This document shows positions 56,328 to 64,000 of a DNA stretch of 64,000 nt, piece after piece. How positions within the stretch are numbered: the first letter of the stretch is position 1; every line of letters starts with the position of its first letter. Location of the stretch: the sequence record MH383160.1. The stretch is one strand, 5' to 3'. A model generated the notes under the pieces. That model searched no databases. It had not been told where the DNA came from and worked only from the letters and a program-made list of their open reading frames with translations. Both the position numbers and the translations under genes were made by a program.

Positions 56328-59300
56328 ATGTACTCAATAAAAACTGACTTAGATATTACTGGTGCTGGTACGGTTGGTAAGGATCTTTTAGTCAAAGGAA
56401 ATGCTGTTTTCAATAATAACCTAACTGTAAATGGTACTGTAACTTTTGCAAATGCAACATTTACTGCCATTGAATCATCAACTGCCAACATTACATCTAC
56501 TTTAGATGTAGGTGGAAAAGCAACACTTTCTGGTGGTCTTGGTGTTGAGGGTAATACTACAATCGGTAGTGCAGTTGTCGGGTCTGATACAGCAACAATT
56601 AATTCAAACGCTACCTTTAACGGTACTGTATCAGTTGGTTCTGATTTTACACAAACTGCTGGTACAACCACTCTACAAGCAACTAAAGTTAAAAACTTAG
56701 AAGTTGCTGAAACAACAGCATTTAAAGGTAATATTACTGCTGATGTTGGAACTACTGCTGCATTTGATAAAATTACTGCTAATACCGCAGAAATTACTAA
56801 TGTAAGTACAACAGATATTAGTAGTACTGGTACTGCTGCATTTAAAGATGTGACAATTAGTGGTACACTTGGTGGTGAGTTCAATCTATCCGATTTAAAT
56901 GCGGTAACATTAAATGTTTCTGGTGCATCTAACCAACAAGGTGCTGTAACTTTCGGTGCTAACGTAACTGGTATTAACAGTACTGCTACCTTTAAAGATA
57001 TTCGTATTGGTTCTAACTCTGAATCACAAACTTTCAGATTAAGCTTCCCTTACACTGCTCCAGGCAAACGTCCAACTGTAATTCTACAAAACGAAATTCA
57101 GTCCGAGTTAATGTCACCTGCAAACTTAACAGTATTGACATCTGCTTCTTTTGGTAATGCGTCATTATCTTCTTATGGTATTACTGGTAATGGTCTAAAC
57201 AAATTAGATTATCTAACAGTTTCTGGTAACAATACACAATCACCAGACACCCCACTATTAGAAGTTCAAAAAGGAAAAACCAAAGTTGCCGATTTTGAAG
57301 TTACAGGAACCGCAACTATACCAAATATTGAAAGTACTGGAACTGCTAATTTTAATAATATTAATATTTCTGGTCTTCTTGGTGGAACATTCCAACTAGA
57401 TGATATTAATGCAGTAACATTGAACGTTACTGGGGCCACTTCGTTAGTTGGTGGTGTTACTCTTGGTTCTAATATTACTGGTTATAATAGTACTGCTACC
57501 TTTAAAGCTATCAGCTTAGGCCAAAGTAGTCAAGATTCTGCTGTAAAACTTGGATTTGGATATACTGCACCAAGTCAACGTCCAACCGTAATTTTACCTA
57601 ACGAAGTTCAATCAGAATTAGTTTCTCCTTCTACATTGAACGTTCTAAAAACGGCAACTTTTGGTAATGCTGCACTTTCTACGTATGGTATTACTGGTAA
57701 TGGCCTAAACAAATTAGATTACCTAACCATTACAGGTAACGCAACACAAGACCCTAGTACACCATTCCTACAAGTTGGTGGTAAAGCAATTCTTAATGAT
57801 GTCGATTTTACTGGTACAGTAACTGGGCTAACTGTTGATGTAAGTGGTCAGGATCTAACACCAAACTCAGTTGTTGCTGCGACAAATATTAAAGGTGCAA
57901 CCCTTGAAAGTACGGGAAACACTACTGTGGGTGCAAAACTAACGGTTACTGGTGACATTGCTGGTACAACCGCAACCCTTTCTGGTGCATTATCCGCTGG
58001 TTCAGTAAGTTCTGGTGTTATTACGGGTACAACTTCGGTATCTGCACCAACAATTAGTGCATCTACTGAAGTAACAGCTCCTACTATCACTGCGAGTGGA
58101 ACTGTAAGTGGGCAAACAATTAACGGTACGAATATTAGTGCAACAACTCTGACTGCACCAACTATTAGTGGTAATACTAACTTCACAGAAAATGTTGATA
58201 TTACTGGAAATCTAACAGTTACTGGTACAGTAACCCCAGGTACAATTGATTTGAGTACTACTGATGTTAGTGCGAAATCAATCACTACTACCGCTGGTGC
58301 AAATATTGGTGGCGATCTTGTGGTTCAAGGTTCTTTTGATTTATCAGCAGCAGACATTAACGTTAAATCACTAACTTCTTCTGGTATTGTTAAAAGTAAT
58401 GACCTTGTTAATGCTAACGTACTTCCTGTACTTAATAGTACTACCATAACGGCAACTACTGTTAATGCTGATGATATAACTGTTACCGGATCTGCTAATT
58501 TGGGTACAATTTACTCAAGCTCATCTGTTCTAGTTGGGTCAACTTTAACTGTAACTGGTGAAACTACAACTGCATCGTTGGTTACCCCAACCATTTCAAA
58601 TGCAAGTGGTGTCACTATTTCCAATAATACAAATGTAACTGGTGACCTAACCGTTACTGGTGCAGTTATTCCAGGCTCTATCGATCTAGCAACAACTGAT
58701 GTTAATGCTAAATCCATTACTACTACTGCTGGTGCAAATATTGGTGGTAACCTAACGGTTGCTGGTACAGTAGATCTTTCAACTGCTGATGTAACTGTCA
58801 AATCTTTGACTAGTACTGGTGCGATTGTAAGTAATGAATCCACTATTAGTAGTGTTCTACCTAAACTACAAAGTACTGATGCAACTATTGCAACACTTGG
58901 TTCAACAACTGCAAATATTACTAATTTGAATGTCACTGGTGCATCTACTGTTGCTGATGTAACTTCTTCAGGTAAAGTAAAAGCAGTTTCGGTTGAAACC
59001 CCAACAATTAGTAATGCTGATGGTGTATCAATTTCTAATAATACATCTATTACTGGAAATCTAACAGTTTCTGGTACAGTAACACCAGGTGCGATTGATT
59101 TGAGCACAACTGATGTTAGTGCAAAATCCATTACAACTACTGCTGGTGCAAATATTGGTGGTGATCTAGTTGTGGCTGGTACAGTTGACTTAAGTGGTGC
59201 TGATGTATCTGTTAAATCGCTAACAAGTAGTGGTATTATTACAGTAAGTAGTGTAGAAGGTATTAACGTTCTACCTAAAGTACAAAGTACTGAAGTTACT

Positions 59301-62207
59301 GCAACTGCACTAAATGCAACAAATGCAACAGTTTCTGGTGATGTTTCAGCAGCAACTGCAACTATTTCGGGTGCAATTACTGGTGGTTCTGCAACACTAT
59401 CTGGTGCTGGTACTGCTCTAAATGTAACTAATAATGCAACTATTGGTGGTGCACTTACTGTTGGTTCTATTACTTCAGCAGCAGAAAATGTATCCATTAC
59501 TAAAAATACCGCAGTCACTGGTAATTTAGCAGTGTCTGGTACGCTCACTGCTGGTATTATTGATTTGAGTACAACTGATGTTTCTGTGAAGACTTTAACT
59601 TCTCTTGGTGACGCAACCGTTCGTGGTAACTTAACTGTTGATGGTTCTATTGACCTAAGTTCTGCAAACATCGTCGGTGTAACACTAGAAAGTACTGGCT
59701 CTACCACTGTAGGTACTGATTTGATTCTAACTACAGGTAACATTACAGGTAGTCCATCTATTTCTGGTAACTTGGGTGTTACTGGAACCACAACGTTAAC
59801 TGGTGCAACTACAGTTTCAAACACATTGTCAACTGGTGGTAAACTGACAGTTAATACTGGTGGTATTCAAGTAGTTGATGGTGGTATTCAAGTTGATGCA
59901 GGAACTATTACCGCACCAAGTGCTAATATTTCTGGTAACTCTACCCTTAATAGTGCAACTGTAACTACTACCCTTGGTGTTACTGGTGCAGCTAGTATGA
60001 ATGGTGGCCTTACAGCATCTACCCTAGATGTAACTGGTGACAGTACTGTACAAAAACTAACTGTCAAGGGTGCATTTATTCCTGAAGGTGGTTTGGACCT
60101 ATCCGGTGCTGATCTTAACGTTAATAGCGTAACTGCTGCAACCACATTAAGTGTTACTGGTGCAAGTACTCTAACTGGTGGTGTTTCCACTTCAACTGTT
60201 ACTGCATCCGGTAAGGTAACCGCACAAGAATTAAGTACTGGTACATTGGCAGTAACCACAAATGGAACAGTTGGTGGTACTTTAGATGTAACTGGAAAGG
60301 CAACAGTCGGTTCACTAGATTCAGGTGCAATATCTGCAACTTCTGGTACATTTAGTACTACACTAGGTGTAACAGGTGCAGCAACATTTGGTAACAATGT
60401 TAATATTACTGGTACGTTAACCCCAGGTGCATTGGATTTATCTAGTACTGATGTAGATGCTAACAGTCTTTCTGTTGCAACAACCCTACATTCAAACGGC
60501 AATGCAACAATCGGTGGTACACTAGGTGTAACTGGTGCAGCAACTGCTCCATCAATCGCTCTTAATGGTGAAGGAACTGCATTAGCAGTTACTAACAATG
60601 CAACAATTGGTGGTACACTAGGTGTAATTGGAAAGGCAACTGTCGGTTCACTAGATTCAGGTGCGGTATCTGCAACTTCTGGTACATTTAGTACTACAAT
60701 AGATGTAACTGGTGCAGCAACCTTTGGTAATAATGTTAACATTACTGGTACATTAACGCCAGGTGCATTGGATTTAGCTAGTACTGATGTAGTTGCAAAC
60801 AGTCTTTCTGTTGCAACCACACTACATTCAGATGGTAATGCAACAATTGGTGGTACATTAGGTGTAACTGGTGCAGCAACTGCTCCATCAATCACTCTTA
60901 ATGGTGAAGGAACTGCATTAGCAGTTACTAACAATGCAACAATTGGTGGTACACTAGGTGTAACTGGTGCAGCAACTTTAGGTTCACTAACAACTTCTGG
61001 TGCAGTGAAAACTGGTTCTAATGTTATTATTGGTACTAAGATCGGTGAACAACCAGAAACAGTTCAGATTTTCCCTAACACTTACATTGCAGGTTCCTTG
61101 CGTGTAGATGGTGGTATCAACGCTGATATTGATGTTAGTGGTCAAACAATCGAACCTTATGCAGTTGTTGCGGCTGACACTATTAGTGCAGCGGGTAATA
61201 TTACTTCTGGTGCAGAGTTGATTTCTAAATCAGCAACTATTGGTGATGTTGGTTCACAAAACAACAACTTAACAATCAATGGTAACGTAGTTAACAACGG
61301 TAACTTTACAGTAACTGGTGTTCTAAACGCAACACTAAACCAAGCAAACTCTGATGTAGCTGTTAAATCATTAACTGCAACCAACAGTGTTGCTGCTGGT
61401 ACTAGCATTACCGCAGGTACAAGTATTACTGCAACTGGTCTGCTAAAAGGGAACACCCTTGAAGTAACTACTACTGGTTCATTTGGTGGTGCAGTAACAA
61501 TGTCAAGTGGTGCTAACATTACTGGAACCGTTGGGATTACTTCTGGTAACCTAACTGTTGGTGGTGATATTTCTGCAACAGGTACTGCAACCCTAGCAGC
61601 AACTTCAGTAACTACTATTACTACTTCTGGTGCAGCAACACTTGCTAGTGCATCTGTTACTGGAGCAGCAACAATCGGTGGTACTTTAACTGTTACTGGA
61701 TTAATGACTGCAAATGGTAGTGTTGTTTTAGGTGACGCGGCTGCTGATACATTAACTGTCAATGCAACATCTTCTTTCAAAGAAAATGCAGTATTTGATA
61801 AAGATGTAACTGTAACTGGTCAATTAACAACTACTAATGCTGACTTGACTACTACAACAGTAACTACTAAAAAATATGATGTTATTCCTAATCAAGTAAC
61901 TTCTTCTGTTATTGCACCAACTGGCACTTGGACCCCAGACGGTACTAGCAACGTATACTTTATCACTCTAGATCAAGATACAACTCTAGCACCAATCACT
62001 GGTCTAATCGGTGGTGGTAAAGCATCTTCAGTATACATTTATGTAAAACAAGATGCAACAGGTAATAGAAACTTTACTACTGATGGTACTTATGCGGTTG
62101 TTGATGGAACTCTAAACAAAGCTGCTGGTAGTGTGACCATTTACCAAGTCATTTATGACGGTGTTAGTCCAGTAGCAGATATGTTTATTGCACAACGTAC
62201 AGCTTAA
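56328..62207 (+). CDS. Long repeat-built tail fibre (1959 aa; T/G/S/V/A-rich beta-solenoid or triple beta-helix)
   Basis: Recurrent GGxLxVxG and IDLSTTDVSAKSITTTAGANIGG units; internal 170-aa and 112-aa duplications; distinct C-terminal domain. Confidence 0.75.
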   Translation: MYSIKTDLDITGAGTVGKDLLVKGNAVFNNNLTVNGTVTFANATFTAIESSTANITSTLDVGGKATLSGGLGVEGNTTIGSAVVGSDTATINSNATFNGTVSVGSDFTQTAGTTTLQATKVKNLEVAETTAFKGNITADVGTTAAFDKITANTAEITNVSTTDISSTGTAAFKDVTISGTLGGEFNLSDLNAVTLNVSGASNQQGAVTFGANVTGINSTATFKDIRIGSNSESQTFRLSFPYTAPGKRPTVILQNEIQSELMSPANLTVLTSASFGNASLSSYGITGNGLNKLDYLTVSGNNTQSPDTPLLEVQKGKTKVADFEVTGTATIPNIESTGTANFNNINISGLLGGTFQLDDINAVTLNVTGATSLVGGVTLGSNITGYNSTATFKAISLGQSSQDSAVKLGFGYTAPSQRPTVILPNEVQSELVSPSTLNVLKTATFGNAALSTYGITGNGLNKLDYLTITGNATQDPSTPFLQVGGKAILNDVDFTGTVTGLTVDVSGQDLTPNSVVAATNIKGATLESTGNTTVGAKLTVTGDIAGTTATLSGALSAGSVSSGVITGTTSVSAPTISASTEVTAPTITASGTVSGQTINGTNISATTLTAPTISGNTNFTENVDITGNLTVTGTVTPGTIDLSTTDVSAKSITTTAGANIGGDLVVQGSFDLSAADINVKSLTSSGIVKSNDLVNANVLPVLNSTTITATTVNADDITVTGSANLGTIYSSSSVLVGSTLTVTGETTTASLVTPTISNASGVTISNNTNVTGDLTVTGAVIPGSIDLATTDVNAKSITTTAGANIGGNLTVAGTVDLSTADVTVKSLTSTGAIVSNESTISSVLPKLQSTDATIATLGSTTANITNLNVTGASTVADVTSSGKVKAVSVETPTISNADGVSISNNTSITGNLTVSGTVTPGAIDLSTTDVSAKSITTTAGANIGGDLVVAGTVDLSGADVSVKSLTSSGIITVSSVEGINVLPKVQSTEVTATALNATNATVSGDVSAATATISGAITGGSATLSGAGTALNVTNNATIGGALTVGSITSAAENVSITKNTAVTGNLAVSGTLTAGIIDLSTTDVSVKTLTSLGDATVRGNLTVDGSIDLSSANIVGVTLESTGSTTVGTDLILTTGNITGSPSISGNLGVTGTTTLTGATTVSNTLSTGGKLTVNTGGIQVVDGGIQVDAGTITAPSANISGNSTLNSATVTTTLGVTGAASMNGGLTASTLDVTGDSTVQKLTVKGAFIPEGGLDLSGADLNVNSVTAATTLSVTGASTLTGGVSTSTVTASGKVTAQELSTGTLAVTTNGTVGGTLDVTGKATVGSLDSGAISATSGTFSTTLGVTGAATFGNNVNITGTLTPGALDLSSTDVDANSLSVATTLHSNGNATIGGTLGVTGAATAPSIALNGEGTALAVTNNATIGGTLGVIGKATVGSLDSGAVSATSGTFSTTIDVTGAATFGNNVNITGTLTPGALDLASTDVVANSLSVATTLHSDGNATIGGTLGVTGAATAPSITLNGEGTALAVTNNATIGGTLGVTGAATLGSLTTSGAVKTGSNVIIGTKIGEQPETVQIFPNTYIAGSLRVDGGINADIDVSGQTIEPYAVVAADTISAAGNITSGAELISKSATIGDVGSQNNNLTINGNVVNNGNFTVTGVLNATLNQANSDVAVKSLTATNSVAAGTSITAGTSITATGLLKGNTLEVTTTGSFGGAVTMSSGANITGTVGITSGNLTVGGDISATGTATLAATSVTTITTSGAATLASASVTGAATIGGTLTVTGLMTANGSVVLGDAAADTLTVNATSSFKENAVFDKDVTVTGQLTTTNADLTTTTVTTKKYDVIPNQVTSSVIAPTGTWTPDGTSNVYFITLDQDTTLAPITGLIGGGKASSVYIYVKQDATGNRNFTTDGTYAVVDGTLNKAAGSVTIYQVIYDGVSPVADMFIAQRTA
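56890..57790 (+). repeat. Diverged internal duplication, 510-nt (170-aa) period, approximate ends
   Basis: NAVTLNV...NSTATFK...YTAP..RPTVIL.NE.QSEL.SP...YGITGNGLNKLDYLT occurs twice; matching NSTA codons at 56979 and 57489. Confidence 0.8.
60295..60966 (+). repeat. Recent tandem duplication, 336-nt (112-aa) period
   Basis: GAAAGGCAAC..GGTTCACTAGATTCAGGTGC starts at 60295 and again at 60631, with high nucleotide identity along the unit. Confidence 0.88.
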
Positions 62208-62271
62208 TAATTATAATAATAAAGGTGTCACTCATTTTGGGTGACACCATCATAACAAGTGAGGTAGTTAT

Positions 62272-63051
62272 ATGTTCACATATGTGAAAGGAAATTCAAA
62301 AGAAAATTATGAATTGGGAAACATTATTTCCAATCCAATTGGTGTAAAAGGACTTAAAGAACGTCCTGGTGCAACACCAGAAGATCCACAAACCTATCGT
62401 TATCTTTATAGTGATATTAGAACTCTTTATGGTATTTCAAGTAAAGATGGTTCCCCAGTAGAACCTAATGATGCTGTTAGAAAAGAAGAAGGTTTTTGGT
62501 GGTTAGTGTATAAAAATGTTGGAAATGTTAATGCTATTGAACAACCGTTGGAGTTTATTAAATTAAAAGATGAAAATCAACCTATTGTTGAATTTTTTGA
62601 AGACGCAACTGAAGAATATAAAGCACTCACTGTTCTCAAAACATATCATTATATTGATATGCCAATTGCAGACGTAAAGGCTGATTTAAAAGCAAGAACT
62701 ATATCAGAACGTACAAATCGTATGAATTCTGGTTATATGTTCAACGGTCATCGTTACAGTACTGATATGTCTGGTCGTCAAATGCTTCTTAATTATTATA
62801 CACAAGTCACTTCAGGCTCTGAAAGTGTTTCTATTTTTCTTGATGACGCAATTGTAAAATTATCTGCTGCTGAAATGACTCAACTATATACTGAATCATT
62901 TGCAATGATTGAACAATTGTTTTCGGAATGTGACAAACAGTGTGCTGCAATTGATGCAGTTGATGATTTAGATCCTGATGCAATTTATAAAGCACAACAA
63001 GCTGCAATTTGGGTATATGAAGGTATTGATATTCCTGAACGTATACGTTAA
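62272..63051 (+). CDS. Fibre-associated protein with a DUF4376-like C-terminal domain (assembly chaperone-like)
   Basis: KARTISERTNRMNSGYMFNGHRYSTD...FSECDKQCAAIDA pattern; follows the long fibre gene. Confidence 0.55.
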   Translation: MFTYVKGNSKENYELGNIISNPIGVKGLKERPGATPEDPQTYRYLYSDIRTLYGISSKDGSPVEPNDAVRKEEGFWWLVYKNVGNVNAIEQPLEFIKLKDENQPIVEFFEDATEEYKALTVLKTYHYIDMPIADVKADLKARTISERTNRMNSGYMFNGHRYSTDMSGRQMLLNYYTQVTSGSESVSIFLDDAIVKLSAAEMTQLYTESFAMIEQLFSECDKQCAAIDAVDDLDPDAIYKAQQAAIWVYEGIDIPERIR

Positions 63052-63057
63052 TTAATA

Positions 63058-63083
63058 AAGGTCAACTATTGTTGACCTTTTTT
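63058..63083 (+). terminator. Terminator
   Basis: AAGGTCAAC-TATT-GTTGACCTT followed by a T run. Confidence 0.75.
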
Positions 63084-63105
63084 GTTTCATTATAAGGAAA
63101 AATAT

Positions 63106-64000
63106 ATGTATAATATAAGAACAGATATTATTGTAAATGGTGATATTAGTTATGACGGAGAACTAATAGGCAAGATACCAGTGCCTGATATTAGTACTAA
63201 AAATAAAAATATTTTAATTCATGAAAGTGATGGTTTATATGTTCCAGATAACACTATTATCTATCAAGGTGGAACTGGTATATCAATATCCTCTAATTTA
63301 ATATCCACAAAAATAAGTTCAACACAAGGAAATATTCTTAGTAATGATTCTAATGGTTTATATGTACCTGATAATACAGTAACATATACAGGTAGTGACA
63401 GTATTAAAATAGATAATAATATTATATCATCAAAAATAAGCACATCTTTAGGAAATATCCTTACAACTGATAGTACTGGTCTATTCGTACCGGATAATTC
63501 GATAACTTACAATGCTGGTACTGGCATTACTATTAGTGATGATGTAATAAGTGTGAAGGTTGACCCGACATCAGAAAACATACTATCTTCTACAAGTAAT
63601 GGTCTATTCGTACCTGATAATTCAGTATCTTATAGTGCTGGTTCCGGTGTTTCTATCAGTGGTGAAGTAATCAGTACTAAAATTAGTTCTACTTCTGGTA
63701 ATATACTATCTACTGACAGTACTGGATTATTTGTACCTAATACAAGAATAAATTACGTTGGTGGTACTGGTATATCTATTAGTTCAGAAACAATTTCAAC
63801 TAAAATAAGCACAACTCCAGGAAATACGTTAACAACTGACGTAAATGGGTTGTATGTTCCAACTGGACCATCCTCATATACTGCGGGAAATGGTATATCT
63901 ATTGACGCTAATGTAATTTCATCTAAAATCAGTAATACCTCTGGTAATATATTAACATCAGATAGTACTGGACTTTTTGTCAATGGAGCAAATACTACTA
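63106..64000 (+). CDS. Second repeat-built fibre protein, 3'-truncated by the window edge and absent from the ORF track
   Basis: ATG at 63106 with AAGGA RBS; the frame is open to 64000. MYNIRTDIIVNG resembles MYSIKTDLDITG of the 56328 fibre. It then has 41-aa repeats GL(Y/F)VPDN...Y..G.GI.IS...IS.KIS...GNIL..DS., with seven GL(Y/F)V starts visible. Confidence 0.85.
   Translation, partial: MYNIRTDIIVNGDISYDGELIGKIPVPDISTKNKNILIHESDGLYVPDNTIIYQGGTGISISSNLISTKISSTQGNILSNDSNGLYVPDNTVTYTGSDSIKIDNNIISSKISTSLGNILTTDSTGLFVPDNSITYNAGTGITISDDVISVKVDPTSENILSSTSNGLFVPDNSVSYSAGSGVSISGEVISTKISSTSGNILSTDSTGLFVPNTRINYVGGTGISISSETISTKISTTPGNTLTTDVNGLYVPTGPSSYTAGNGISIDANVISSKISNTSGNILTSDSTGLFVNGANTT

Noticed and set aside
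57848-61780. Long minus-strand ORFs (145, 437, 348 and 207 aa) inside the fibre gene
   Set aside because: Stop-poor antisense shadows of repetitive Thr/Gly/Val/Ala codons; no independent signals.
63240-64000. 123-nt periodicity as a possible CRISPR or non-coding repeat array
   Set aside because: The repeats are in frame within an open ORF and diverge mainly at synonymous positions, so they are protein repeats.

Overview
This 64 kb window comes from an AT-rich, T4-related jumbo myovirus. Gene content and order suggest the RaK2/GAP32/PBECO4-like enterobacterial giant phages; that placement is inferred, not searched. Left to right: replication genes (5' part of a gp45-like clamp, family B DNA polymerase, DsbA-like protein); a tail fibre and chaperone pair; a three-gene island with two GIY-YIG-type nucleases; the T4-order head module (portal, core, protease, scaffold, major capsid); a tape-measure candidate and gp26/gp51; an 838-bp ORF-free interval; endonuclease VII, gp46, gp47 and late sigma gp55; the baseplate module (gp53, hub, gp5, a second lysozyme, gp25, gp6, a 3.3-kaa wedge protein); a ClpA-like AAA+ ATPase; neck gp14/gp15; a Nudix hydrolase; and a receptor-binding cluster with a WcaM-like tailspike and two repeat-built fibres. 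The features that the gene list does not explain are: (1) a roughly 455-nt, ORF-free, densely hairpinned minus-strand transcription unit at 18121-18575, bounded by its own promoter and terminator and next to a very AT-rich tract; (2) about 120 hand-counted copies of the palindrome AGTACT, against roughly 20-25 expected; (3) a recurring promoter class, (TG)RGACA-N16-TAyAAT, upstream of genes that are middle-class in T4. No CRISPR array, tRNA, rRNA, intein or IS element was seen.
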